This document shows positions 38,106 to 47,282 of a stretch of 64,000 nt of DNA, piece after piece; the first letter of the stretch is position 1; every line of letters begins with the position of its first letter. Under the pieces are notes generated by a model. It saw nothing but the letters and a program-made list of their open reading frames with translations, ran no database searches and was not told the origin of the DNA. The stretch comes from Caulobacteraceae bacterium (GTDB taxonomy: Bacteria > Pseudomonadota > Alphaproteobacteria > Caulobacterales > Caulobacteraceae), in assembly GCA_947476555.1 (NCBI GenBank), contig CANJRI010000006.1:1793-65792 (forward strand). Direction: 5' to 3'. The position numbers and the translations under genes are program-made.

Positions 38106-38258
38106 ATGAGCGATCCCAACCAAGAGGGCGAGGATTTCGCCAAGGCCCGGCGGGGCCGCAACATCGCCTTGGCGCTGGCCCTGGTGCTGTTCGTGGTCCT
38201 GGTTTTTGTGGTCACAGTCGTGAGGCTCGGCGGCGATGTCGTTTCCCGACCCCTCTAG
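38106..38258 (+). CDS. Small single-TM protein of cox operons (CoxF-like), 50 aa
   Basis: Not in the ORF track. MSDPNQEGEDFAKARRGRNIALALALVLFVVLVFVVTVVRLGGDVVSRPL; ATG directly follows the ctaB stop. Confidence 0.75.
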   Translation: MSDPNQEGEDFAKARRGRNIALALALVLFVVLVFVVTVVRLGGDVVSRPL

Positions 38259-38835
38259 GCCCGACCCTTCCAGGCAGGCCGGCCGCCGCAACGCCCGGGT
38301 TGCGCTGAGCTGCGCCGCGGGTTTCGCCCTGATGGTCGGCGCCTCCTTCGCGGCCGTCCCGCTCTACAAGGCCTTCTGCCAGCTCACCGGCTTCGATGGC
38401 ACGGCCCAGCGGGCCAAGGTCGCCGCCGACCACGTGCTCGACAAGACCATCACCGTGCGGTTCGACGCCAATGTCCGCGACCTGCCGTGGACCTTCACCG
38501 CCCAGCAGACCTCGCAGCCGGCGCGGATCGGCGAGACCAAGCTCGCGTTCTTCAAGGTGACCAACCACTCCGACCAGGCGGTCACCGGCCGGGCGGTGTT
38601 CAACGTCGTGCCCGAACTGGCTGGCCGTTACTTCCAGAAGCTCGACTGCTTCTGCTTCACCGACCAGACCCTGCAGCCCGGCGCCACCGTCGAGATGCCG
38701 GTGCTCTATTTCATCGACCCGAAATACGCCGAGGACTTCGACACCAAGGGCAAGCCCGAGGTGACGCTCTCCTACACCTTCTTCCCCACCACCACCCAAC
38801 AGGCCAAGGCGCCGACCGCCAAGCCCCGGGGCTGA
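38236..38835 (+). CDS. ctaG: Cytochrome c oxidase copper chaperone CtaG/Cox11
   Basis: VPLYKAFCQLTGFDG, FQKLDCFCF. Confidence 0.95.
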   Translation: MSFPDPSRPDPSRQAGRRNARVALSCAAGFALMVGASFAAVPLYKAFCQLTGFDGTAQRAKVAADHVLDKTITVRFDANVRDLPWTFTAQQTSQPARIGETKLAFFKVTNHSDQAVTGRAVFNVVPELAGRYFQKLDCFCFTDQTLQPGATVEMPVLYFIDPKYAEDFDTKGKPEVTLSYTFFPTTTQQAKAPTAKPRG

Positions 38836-38926
38836 GCGCGGCCGATTTGCCACCGCTCCGGCGACCAGGCCGCCGCCGGCTTTCTTGCGGGGCTGAAAAG
38901 AAGGGCGCCGAAAGCCCTTTCGGCAC

Positions 38927-38956
38927 TTGGCGGACGGGGCGGCGCAAGGCTATAGC
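38927..38956 (+). promoter_or_regulatory. Caulobacter-type RpoD promoter for ctaE onward
   Basis: TTGGCG-N16-GCTATAGC, 68 bp before the ctaE ATG. Confidence 0.55.
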
Positions 38957-39024
38957 GTCCCCGACTTTGTGCGCGCGACTCTGCAGGTCGACGCGTGGGA
39001 TTTCCTGAGGGGTTTAGGACCGCA

Positions 39025-39897
39025 ATGGCCGCAGGCGTCAAACACGACTACCACCTGGTCAATCCGAGCCCCTATCCGCTGATCGGCTCGATCGCGGCCA
39101 CGGTCATGGCCATGGGCGGCGTGACCTGGATGAAGGGCCTGTTCGGTCTGCCGGAGGGCACCTCCTGGCTGTTCTTCCTGGGCCTGGCCGGCGTGCTCTT
39201 CACCATGGTCGGCTGGTGGCGCGACGTGGTGCGGGAAGCCAACCAGGGCGATCATACCCCGGTCGTCTCCATCGGCCTGCGCTACGGGATGGTGCTGTTC
39301 ATCGCCTCGGAGGTCATGTTCTTCGTCGCCTGGTTCTGGATGTTCTTCGAGATGGCCCTGTTCCCCGAGGCGCGGGTGGTGTCCTCGATCGAGGAGGTCC
39401 GCACGGCATGGGCCTCCTGGCCCCCGCAGGGCGTCGAGGCGGTTCCCGCCTGGGAGCTGCCGCTGCTCAACACCCTCACCCTGCTGCTTTCGGGCACCAC
39501 GGTCACCTGGGCCCACCACGCCTTGCAGGTCGGCGACCGCAAGGCCGCCAAGCTCGGCCTGATCCTGACCATCGTCCTCGGCATGCTGTTCACCGGCATC
39601 CAGGCCTACGAGTACAGCCACATCTTCGGCCACCACTACTTCTTCGGCGGCGAGGGCGCGGAGAACTCCGGCCTCTACGGCTCGACCTTCATCATGGCCA
39701 CCGGCTTCCACGGTTTCCACGTGCTGGTCGGCACCATCTTCCTGATCGTCTGCCTGTTGCGCCTGATGGGCGGCGGCTTCACCCCTCAGAAGCATTTCGG
39801 CTTCGAGGCGGCGGCCTGGTACTGGCACTTCGTCGACGTGGTCTGGCTGTTCCTGTTCGCCTTCGTCTACGTGGTGTTCGGGGGACCGGCTCACTAG
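39025..39897 (+). CDS. ctaE: Cytochrome c oxidase subunit III
   Basis: HDYHLVNPSPYP, FIASEVMFF, TGFHGFHV, WYWHFVDVVW. Confidence 0.97.
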   Translation: MAAGVKHDYHLVNPSPYPLIGSIAATVMAMGGVTWMKGLFGLPEGTSWLFFLGLAGVLFTMVGWWRDVVREANQGDHTPVVSIGLRYGMVLFIASEVMFFVAWFWMFFEMALFPEARVVSSIEEVRTAWASWPPQGVEAVPAWELPLLNTLTLLLSGTTVTWAHHALQVGDRKAAKLGLILTIVLGMLFTGIQAYEYSHIFGHHYFFGGEGAENSGLYGSTFIMATGFHGFHVLVGTIFLIVCLLRLMGGGFTPQKHFGFEAAAWYWHFVDVVWLFLFAFVYVVFGGPAH

Positions 39898-39898
39898 C

Positions 39899-40255
39899 TT
39901 GGCCCACAACCCGCTCCTGGCAGGGCTTCGCGGCCGCTGCCCGAACTGCGGGGAGGGGCGCCTGTTCCAGGGATTTCTCACGGTCGCCTCCGAGTGCGCG
40001 GCGTGCGGCTACGACCTGAGCAAGGCTGACAGCGGCGACGGGCCGGCGGTGTTCGTCACCCTGATCGGCGGCGCGATCGTGGCGTTCGCCGCCCTGTTCA
40101 CCGAGATCGCCATCCGCCCGCCCATCTGGGTCCACCTGCTGATCTGGCTGCCGGCCACCCTGATTGTCTGCCTGGGGCTCCTGCGGCCGATGAAGGGGCT
40201 GATGCTGGCCGCCCAGTTCATGAACAAGGCCTCGCAGGCCCGCCATGACGACTGA
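39899..40255 (+). CDS. DUF983 membrane protein
   Basis: CPNCGEG...CAACG, DSGDGPA, LRPMKG. Confidence 0.88.
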   Translation: MAHNPLLAGLRGRCPNCGEGRLFQGFLTVASECAACGYDLSKADSGDGPAVFVTLIGGAIVAFAALFTEIAIRPPIWVHLLIWLPATLIVCLGLLRPMKGLMLAAQFMNKASQARHDD

Positions 40256-40961
40256 AGCGCGCAGGTTTCCGGTCGGCCTGACGCTCACCGTCGTCATCGC
40301 CCTGGTCATCCTCCTGGCGCTCGGGACCTGGCAGGTCCAGCGCCTGGCCTGGAAAGAGGACCTCCTCGCCCGCATCGCGGCGCTCGAGGCCGCCCCGCCC
40401 CAGCCGGCCGGCCCGGTGATCGAGCGCATGTCCCGCGGCGAGGATGTCGGCTTCACCCGCATAAGCATCGCCTGCCCCGGCCTTGCCTCGGCCCCCTATC
40501 TGGAGCTCTACAGCCTGCGCGGCGGCCAGGTGGGGACGCGGCTGATCTCGGCCTGTCGGTCCCCGTCGCCGGCCTACGGCGCCCTGCTGGTCGACCGGGG
40601 TTTTGTCGCCGACACCATCTCCGCCCGCCCGCCCGTCGCCGCCGACGCCACCCCTACCCAGATCGTCGGCGTACTGCGCGCGCCTGACCCGGCCAACGCC
40701 TTCTCGCCGCCCAACCGGCCCGCCCGCTGGTTCACCCGCGACGTCGCCGCCATGGCCGCGGCTCTGAAGGTCCGCGGCCCGGCGCCCATGTTCCTGATGG
40801 CCGAGACCTCCTCCAACCCGGAGTGGAAGGCCCTGGTCCCGGCGCCCGTCCCGGCCGACATCCCCAACAACCACCTGGGCTATGCGATCACTTGGTACGG
40901 CCTTGCCGCCGCCCTGCTCGGCGTCTATGCCGCCATGCTCTCTCGCAAGCGGAAAACCTGA
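40245..40961 (+). CDS. SURF1/Shy1 family oxidase assembly protein
   Basis: LGTWQVQRLAWK, LVDRG, NNHLGYAITWY. Confidence 0.92.
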   Translation: MTTEARRFPVGLTLTVVIALVILLALGTWQVQRLAWKEDLLARIAALEAAPPQPAGPVIERMSRGEDVGFTRISIACPGLASAPYLELYSLRGGQVGTRLISACRSPSPAYGALLVDRGFVADTISARPPVAADATPTQIVGVLRAPDPANAFSPPNRPARWFTRDVAAMAAALKVRGPAPMFLMAETSSNPEWKALVPAPVPADIPNNHLGYAITWYGLAAALLGVYAAMLSRKRKT

Positions 40962-42349
40962 TGCGCTACGTCTCGACCCGCGGGCAGTCGCCCTCGGTCG
41001 GTTTCACCGACGCGGTCCTGGGGGGCCTCGCCCCTGACGGCGGCCTCTACGTGCCCGAGGCCTGGCCGAGCTTCAGCGCGTCGGAGATCGCCGCCATGGC
41101 CGGCCGGCCCTACGCCGAGGTCGCGGCCCAGGTGATCGGCGCCTTCGCCGGGGACGAGATTCCTACGGAAGCCCTGAAGGCCATGTGCGCCGAGGCCTAC
41201 GGGACCTTCAGCCACAAGGCCGTCGTGCCCCTCACCCAGATCGCGCCGGACGCCTTCATCGCCGAGCTGTTCCACGGGCCCTCGCTGGCCTTCAAGGACG
41301 TGGCCATGCAGATCCTGGCCCGGCTCTACGACCACCTGCTGGGCAAGCAGCGCCGCACCCAGACCATCCTATGCGCCACCTCCGGCGACACCGGCGGCGC
41401 CGCCGTCGAAGCCTTCCGGGGCGCCAGGAACGTCAAGGTCGTGGCCCTCTTCCCGGAGGGGCGCATCTCCGAGGTCCAGCGCCGGTTCATGACCACCGCC
41501 GCCGAGGACAACATCGCCTGCGTGGCGGTCTCCGGCACCTTCGACGACTGCCAGGCCATCGTGAAGGCGGCCTTCCAGGACCAGAGCCTGCGCCAGGCCG
41601 TCGACCTGTCCGGCGTCAACTCCATCAACTTCGCCCGCATCGCCGCCCAGGCGGTCTACTTCTTCACCACCGCCGTGGCCCTCGGCGCGCCGCAGCGGGC
41701 GGTGAGCTACTGCGTACCCTCCGGCAACTTCGGCGACGCCTTCGCGGGCTATGTGGCCATGCGCATGGGCCTGCCGATCGCCCGGATCGTCGCCGCCACC
41801 AATTCCAACGACATCCTGGCGCGGGCCTTCGAGACCGGCGGCTACGCGCGCGGATCGGTGCAGGCCACTCTGTCGCCGGCTATGGACATCCAGTCGGCCT
41901 CCAACTTCGAGCGGCTCTATTTCGAGGCCGTGGGCCGTGACCCGGCCCAGACCGCCCGGGCCTTCGCCGCCTTCGCCGAGACCGGCGCCCTCGATATTCC
42001 CCCCGCCGCCCTGGCCGCCATGCAGAAGACCTTCCGCGGCGTCGCCGTCGGCGAGGCCGAGACCGAGCGGACCATCGTCCAGACGCTGGACCAGACCGGC
42101 GAGCTGATCGATCCCCACACCGCCGTGGGCGTGGCCGCGCTCTCGCACGTCGATCTGGCTGGGCCTGTGGTGGTGCTCTCCACCGCCCACGCCGCCAAGT
42201 TCCCGGAGGATGTGGCCCGGGTCACCGGCGTGACGCCGACCCTGCCGCGCGGCGTCGCCGACCTGTCCGCCCGCACCGAGCGCTTCGACCGCCTTGCGGC
42301 CGACGGCGAGGCCATCAAGGCCCACGTCCGCGCCTTCGCGGGGGCCTAG
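40961..42349 (+). CDS. thrC: Threonine synthase
   Basis: MRYVSTRG, ELFHGPSLAFKD, ATSGDTG, VNSINFARI, VPSGNFG. Confidence 0.96.
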   Translation: MRYVSTRGQSPSVGFTDAVLGGLAPDGGLYVPEAWPSFSASEIAAMAGRPYAEVAAQVIGAFAGDEIPTEALKAMCAEAYGTFSHKAVVPLTQIAPDAFIAELFHGPSLAFKDVAMQILARLYDHLLGKQRRTQTILCATSGDTGGAAVEAFRGARNVKVVALFPEGRISEVQRRFMTTAAEDNIACVAVSGTFDDCQAIVKAAFQDQSLRQAVDLSGVNSINFARIAAQAVYFFTTAVALGAPQRAVSYCVPSGNFGDAFAGYVAMRMGLPIARIVAATNSNDILARAFETGGYARGSVQATLSPAMDIQSASNFERLYFEAVGRDPAQTARAFAAFAETGALDIPPAALAAMQKTFRGVAVGEAETERTIVQTLDQTGELIDPHTAVGVAALSHVDLAGPVVVLSTAHAAKFPEDVARVTGVTPTLPRGVADLSARTERFDRLAADGEAIKAHVRAFAGA

Positions 42350-42350
42350 G

Positions 42351-43613
42351 ACGAGCCCGCGCGTCCATACCTTGTCCAACGGCGTGCGGGTGGTCTGCGA
42401 CCCGCTGCCGGGCTGGCAGACCGTGGCCCTGTCCGTGGTCGCCGGACGCGGCGCGCGGATCGAGGATGAGGCTCATTCCGGCTGGTCGCACCTCCTGGAG
42501 CACATGGTCTTCAAGGGCGCCGGTCAGCGGTCGGCCAAGGACATCGTCGAGGTCATCGAGGCAGAGGGCGGGCACATCAACGCCGCCACCGGCTATGAGC
42601 GGACCAGCTACCAGGTCCGCGCCCTGAAGGGCGGGTTGTCCCTCGGCTCGGCGGTGATCGCCGATCTGGTGCAGCGCCCGATCATGGACGCCGCCGACCT
42701 CGCACGCGAGAAGCAGGTGGTCGGCCAGGAGATCGCCGAGGCCGCCGACACCCCCGACGACCACGTCTTCGAACTGGCCCAGGCCGCCGCCTTCGCCGGC
42801 CAGCCCCTCGGCCGGCCGATCCTGGGCTCCACCCGATCGATCCGCGGCGCGAACCCCGCGGCGTTGCAGGCCTGGCGGGCGGCGCTCTACGGCCCCGAAA
42901 GCCTGGTGGTCAGCGCCGCTGGCGCGGTGGACGAGGACGAGCTCCTGGCCCTGGCCGAGCGCGACTTCGGTCACGCTTCCCCCGCCCCGGCGCCCGAAGC
43001 GGAACCGGCCACCTTCACCGGTGGGACCCAGGTGCTCTCCAAGCGCCTGGAGCAGGCCAATCTCGTGCTGCTGCTGCCCGCGGTCGGCGCGCTCGATCCA
43101 GACTATTTCGCCCTGCGCCTGCTGGCCGAGATCCTCGGCGGCGGCATGGCCTCGCGGCTGTTCCAGGAGGCGCGCGAGAAGCGCGGCCTGGCCTACGCCA
43201 TCGACGCCTACGCCGAGACCTATTCCGACGTTGGCCTGCTGGGCGTCTTCGCCGGCTGCGCGGCGAAGGACGCGGCCGAACTTGCGACCGTCGTCGCCGG
43301 CGAGCTCCGCGCCCTGGCCGGCGGCGTGGGCGTGGGCGAACTCGCCCGCGCCAAGGCTCAGCTCAAGGGCTCGATGTTCATGGGCCGCGAATCCGCCCTG
43401 GCGCGGGCCGAACAGGCCGCCGGACAGGTGCTTCTGTTCGGCCGCCTGCTGGATCCGGAGGCCATCGCCGTCGAGATCGACACCGTCACCTCCGCCCAGA
43501 TCGCGAGCCTCACCGAACGGGTCCTCGCGCCGGGCAGGTCCGCCGTGGCGGTGCTGGGCCCCAAGGCGGCCGGCGGGGCCGCCGACGCCTTCCAGCGGGC
43601 GCTGTTCGGCTAA
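42351..43613 (+). CDS. M16 family Zn peptidase (pitrilysin/MPP-like); start codon uncertain
   Basis: HLLEHMVFKG (HxxEH), INAATGYERT, REKRGLAY; no in-frame ATG/GTG before VHTLSNG (ACG at 42351, TTG at 42372). Confidence 0.88.
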   Translation, partial: TSPRVHTLSNGVRVVCDPLPGWQTVALSVVAGRGARIEDEAHSGWSHLLEHMVFKGAGQRSAKDIVEVIEAEGGHINAATGYERTSYQVRALKGGLSLGSAVIADLVQRPIMDAADLAREKQVVGQEIAEAADTPDDHVFELAQAAAFAGQPLGRPILGSTRSIRGANPAALQAWRAALYGPESLVVSAAGAVDEDELLALAERDFGHASPAPAPEAEPATFTGGTQVLSKRLEQANLVLLLPAVGALDPDYFALRLLAEILGGGMASRLFQEAREKRGLAYAIDAYAETYSDVGLLGVFAGCAAKDAAELATVVAGELRALAGGVGVGELARAKAQLKGSMFMGRESALARAEQAAGQVLLFGRLLDPEAIAVEIDTVTSAQIASLTERVLAPGRSAVAVLGPKAAGGAADAFQRALFG

Positions 43614-43616
43614 AGA

Positions 43617-43733
43617 CCTCCCCCGCTTGCGGGGGAGGGGGACCACGAAGTGGTGGAGGGGGCGCTGCCGACGCACGGCCCCAAGGTCCCCTCCGGCCCG
43701 TTCGGGCCACCTCCCCCGTACTGACGGGGGAGG
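43617..43733. repeat. Inverted dimer of a REP-like double-hairpin element
   Basis: CCTCCCCCG-CTTG-CGGGGGAGG plus ACCAC-GAA-GTGGT; second module reversed: GGCCCG-TT-CGGGCC plus CCTCCCCCGT-ACTG-ACGGGGGAGG. Confidence 0.8.
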
Positions 43734-43778
43734 AACTTGAACCTTGACCCCGTTGAGAAAACCCGGACCCTTCGACCC

Positions 43779-44390
43779 ATGGCTCTGCTCGACTGGATCG
43801 CGCCGGAGAGCGGCCTTCGGGTCGAGGGCGAGGGGGTGTTCCTGCGTCCGCCGCGGGCGGCGGATTTCTCCGAGTGGCGCGAGCTTCGCACCCTCAGCCG
43901 CGCTTTCCTGCAGCCCTGGGAGCCTACCTGGCCCTCGGATGACCTGTCCCGCGCCGCGTTCCGCCGGCGCCTCTTGGCCTACGCCCGCGACCGCGAGGTT
44001 GGCGCGGCCTATCCGTTCTTCGTGTTCCGCTCGCACGACGAGGCCCTCACCGGGGGCATCACCCTTTCCAATATCCGTCGCGGCGTCGCCCAGATGGGAT
44101 CCATGGGCTACTGGTGCGGCCGCCCATTCACCCGCCAGGGTCTGACCCTCGCGGCGGTGGGCGCGCTTCGGGAATTCGCCTTCCGAACCCTCGGCCTGCA
44201 CCGGCTGGAGGCCGCCTGCGTGCCCGACAACTCGGCCTCGCGGCGACTGCTGGCCAAGGCCGGTTTCGTCGAGGAGGGATACGCCAAGGCTTATCTTAAA
44301 ATTAACGGCGTCTGGCGAGATCATGTCCTGTTCGGCCAGGTGAGTCCCCTCATGGGGAACGAAGGTTCGGACGAGGGGGTGTCGGTCTAG
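43779..44390 (+). CDS. RimJ/RimL-family GNAT acetyltransferase
   Basis: FLQPWEPTW, GITLSNIRRGVAQ, GYWCG, LHRLEAAC, YLKINGVWRDH. Confidence 0.9.
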   Translation: MALLDWIAPESGLRVEGEGVFLRPPRAADFSEWRELRTLSRAFLQPWEPTWPSDDLSRAAFRRRLLAYARDREVGAAYPFFVFRSHDEALTGGITLSNIRRGVAQMGSMGYWCGRPFTRQGLTLAAVGALREFAFRTLGLHRLEAACVPDNSASRRLLAKAGFVEEGYAKAYLKINGVWRDHVLFGQVSPLMGNEGSDEGVSV

Positions 44391-44420
44391 CCGCACCGGA
44401 GATTTCGAGGACCCCGCCGG

Positions 44421-46088
44421 ATGGCGGGCGACCGCTGGATGTGGGACGCCACGGCCACCCTGGAGGCCCTGGGCGCGGCCGGCGTGGCCCTGTGGGTCTG
44501 GGACCCGGACGCCGACCGCCTGCGCTTCACCGGCTCGACACGCGCCCTCGGTCTGGGGCCGCTGGCGCCCGACTGTTCTTCCGCCGCCTTCCGGGCCCTG
44601 GCCCTGCCGCAGGACCGCGCGCTGGCCGAGGATGTGCTGCGCGTCCAGGACCCCGGCGGGGAGGTGGCCGTGCGTCTCAGGATGCGCGGCGCCGGGACCT
44701 GCATCTGGAGGGGCCTGTGGCTGGAGGAGGGCCGCCGGGCCGCCGGCGTGGTCGCCGCCGAGGTCCGCTTCGCCGCGTCCGAGCAGGATCCGCTCACCGG
44801 CCTGCTGGACCGCAAGAGCTTCCTGGCCCGCGCCCGCGAGCGCCTGACCCTGCCCGGCAAGCACGAACTGATCGTCGCCGACCTCGACCGCCTGCGACGG
44901 TTGAACGAGGCCCTGGGGCACGAGCGCGCCGACCTGGTGCTGGCCGCCCTGGGCTCGCGCCTGGCCGCCGCCTTCCCGCCGGGCGCCCTCCTGGCCCGCA
45001 TCGGCGAGGACGAATTCGCGGCCTTCGCGCCGGTGGGGGATTCCCCCGGCCCCGAGGTGCTGCGGCGCGCCCTGGAGCATCCCCTGCGGGTGGCGGGTTT
45101 CGACATCCACCCGACCCTTTCCATCGGCGCCGTCGAGACGGTCGGCGGCGACGAGGCCCCCGAGGCGGCCGAGCTGCTGCGCCGGGCCGAACTCGCCGTG
45201 GAATCCGCCAAGAGCACCGGGCGCGGCGGGGCCGCCGCCTACGGCCGGGGCCTGGAGAGCGACGGGCTTTCCCGCCTGGCTCTGGAGGGCGACCTCAAGG
45301 GCGCTCTGGGGCGCGGCGAGCTCACCGCCTTCTACCAGCCGATCGTCCGGCTCTCGACCGGGGCCCTTTCCGGCTTCGAGGCCCTGGTCCGTTGGCGCCA
45401 CCCGCGCCGCGGCCTCCTGACCCCCGAGCAGTTCCTGCCGCTCTGCGAGGAGATGGGCCTGATGAGCCAGCTGGGCGCCGCCATGATGCGCGACGCCGCC
45501 CAGCAACTGGCCGACTGGCGGACCCGCCACCGGGCGGCCGGCGAGCTGACCGTGGCCGTCAACCTCTCCACCGGCGAGATCGACCGGCCCGACCTGGTCG
45601 ACCAGGTCCGTCAGATCCGCCGCGACACCGGCCTGCCGGCCGGCGCGCTGAAGCTGGAGGTCACCGAGAGCGACGTCATGCGCGACCCCGACCGCGCGGC
45701 CGTGGTGCTGGAGGCCCTGCGCCACGCAGGGGCGGGCCTGGCCCTCGACGACTTCGGCACCGGCTTCTCATCGCTCTCCTACCTGACCCGCCTGCCGTTC
45801 GACACCATCAAGGTCGACCGCTACTTCGTGCGGACCATGGCTGCCAACGAGGGGTCCGAGAAGATCGTCTCGTCCGTGGTCCGCCTGGGCCAGGACCTTT
45901 CCATGGAGGTGGTGGCCGAGGGGGTGGAGAACGCCGGCATGGCCCGCCGCCTGCTGGCCCTGGGCTGCGACTACGGCCAGGGCTTCGGCTACGCCCCGGC
46001 GCTGTCGCCCCAGGAAGCCGAGGTCTATCTCAACGAAAGCTATGTGGATGGCGCGGCGCCGGTCATGGCGCGCGGCAGCCGGGGTTAG
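44421..46088 (+). CDS. pdeA: c-di-GMP phosphodiesterase with degenerate GEDEF plus EAL domains, probable PdeA orthologue
   Basis: RIGEDEF, GFEALVRW, DDFGTGFSSL, KVDR, EGVE, QGF; C-terminus ends in RG. Confidence 0.85.
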   Translation: MAGDRWMWDATATLEALGAAGVALWVWDPDADRLRFTGSTRALGLGPLAPDCSSAAFRALALPQDRALAEDVLRVQDPGGEVAVRLRMRGAGTCIWRGLWLEEGRRAAGVVAAEVRFAASEQDPLTGLLDRKSFLARARERLTLPGKHELIVADLDRLRRLNEALGHERADLVLAALGSRLAAAFPPGALLARIGEDEFAAFAPVGDSPGPEVLRRALEHPLRVAGFDIHPTLSIGAVETVGGDEAPEAAELLRRAELAVESAKSTGRGGAAAYGRGLESDGLSRLALEGDLKGALGRGELTAFYQPIVRLSTGALSGFEALVRWRHPRRGLLTPEQFLPLCEEMGLMSQLGAAMMRDAAQQLADWRTRHRAAGELTVAVNLSTGEIDRPDLVDQVRQIRRDTGLPAGALKLEVTESDVMRDPDRAAVVLEALRHAGAGLALDDFGTGFSSLSYLTRLPFDTIKVDRYFVRTMAANEGSEKIVSSVVRLGQDLSMEVVAEGVENAGMARRLLALGCDYGQGFGYAPALSPQEAEVYLNESYVDGAAPVMARGSRG

Positions 46089-46089
46089 C

Positions 46090-46137
46090 GCGCCCTCAGG
46101 CGAAGTGGGAACCGGTTCGCCGCCCGGAGGGCGCGCC
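46090..46137. repeat. CIR-like palindromic repeat, variant B copy 1
   Basis: 48 bp identical to 55659-55706; directly after the pdeA stop, between convergent genes. Confidence 0.88.
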
Positions 46138-46145
46138 AGCAAAGA

Positions 46146-46706
46146 TCAGGCCCGCCCCGCCGTGGATCCCAGGAACTTCGGGTCGATGCCCAGCTTGGCC
46201 AGCGCCCGGCTCCACTTCGTCGAATAGTCCTCGTCGAAGACCAGCGCCTCGTCGGCCTCGCAGGTCAGCCAGACATTCTGGCGGATCTCCTCCTCCAGCT
46301 GCCCCGCGCCCCAGCCGGCGTAGCCCAGCGCCAGCACCGAGCGGCGAGGGTGGTCCTCGCTGGCCATGGCCTCCAGCACCTCCCGGGTGGCGGTCAGGCC
46401 CACGCCCGGACCGACCCGCAAGGAGAACTCGCCCTTGTAGTCGTCGGTGTGCAGCACGAACCCGCGCTCGCGCTCCACCGGTCCGCCCAGCAGCACCAGG
46501 TGCGGCGGCACGTGGATCGTCGACTTGATCTCCAGCTTCTCCAGCAGGTCGGGGACGGTCAGCCCCTCGACCGGACGGTTCACCGCCAGGCCCATGGCGT
46601 GCTCGGGGTCATGGGCGCAGACAAGGATCAGCGTCCGCTCGAAACGCGGGTCGGAAATCCCCGGCATGGAGATCAGCAGTTGGCCGGACAGGAAGGCGCC
46701 TTCCAT
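46146..46706 (-). CDS. YqgE/AlgH (UPF0301) protein
   Basis: GQLLISMP, FERTLIL, GGPVERERGFVLH, LGYAGWGAGQLEEEI. Confidence 0.92.
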   Translation of the reverse strand: MEGAFLSGQLLISMPGISDPRFERTLILVCAHDPEHAMGLAVNRPVEGLTVPDLLEKLEIKSTIHVPPHLVLLGGPVERERGFVLHTDDYKGEFSLRVGPGVGLTATREVLEAMASEDHPRRSVLALGYAGWGAGQLEEEIRQNVWLTCEADEALVFDEDYSTKWSRALAKLGIDPKFLGSTAGRA

Positions 46707-46799
46707 CGCCGATAGGTAAGCGTCCGATCGCGGCGCTTTCAAGGGGCCTTGCCGGTTGCTATCAGCGAGGCCCGGTTGGTTTCTGAAGGAGGCATGGTC

Positions 46800-47282
46800 A
46801 TGACCATCAAGGTTGGCGACAAGATCCCGAGCGTGACGCTCACCCAGGCCACCGCGGACGGACCCAAGCCGGTTTCCACCGACGAGTTCTTCAAGGGCAG
46901 GACCGTCGCCCTGTTCGCCGTGCCCGGCGCCTTCACCCCCACCTGCTCGGCCAAGCATCTGCCGGGCTTCAAGCAGAACGCCGGCGCCCTGAAGGGCAAG
47001 GGCGTCGACGAGATCGCCTGCATCAGCGTCAACGACGCCTTCGTCATGCGCGCCTGGGGCGAGGACCAGGCTGTGGGCGAGGATGTCGCCATGCTCGCCG
47101 ACGGCAACGGCGACTTCGCCAAGGCCATCGGTCTGCAGATGGACGGGACCAAGTTCGGCATGGGCCCGCGTTCGCAGCGCTATTCCATGGTCGTCGAGGA
47201 CGGCGTCGTGACCTCGCTGAACGTCGAGGCGCCCGGCGAATTCAAGGTCTCCTCCGCCGACTACATGCTGGCCGCGCTCTAA
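46800..47282 (+). CDS. Peroxiredoxin (Prx5/Ahp1-like)
   Basis: [28 protein letters not shown]; SD AAGGAGG upstream. Confidence 0.93.
   Translation: MTIKVGDKIPSVTLTQATADGPKPVSTDEFFKGRTVALFAVPGAFTPTCSAKHLPGFKQNAGALKGKGVDEIACISVNDAFVMRAWGEDQAVGEDVAMLADGNGDFAKAIGLQMDGTKFGMGPRSQRYSMVVEDGVVTSLNVEAPGEFKVSSADYMLAAL

Noticed and set aside
38981-38992. CTGCAGGTCGAC (PstI-SalI) resembling a pUC polylinker
   Set aside because: Only 12 bp, with flanks that do not match vector sequence; expected by chance in GC-rich DNA.
42315-45725. 1136-aa reverse-strand ORF, and similar long ORFs at 20330-23281, 678-2495, 35034-37160, 47587-49614 and 44441-46528
   Set aside because: Shadow or alternative frames over well-supported genes. 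High GC suppresses stop codons, and the translations are low-complexity G/A/R/P with no family motifs.
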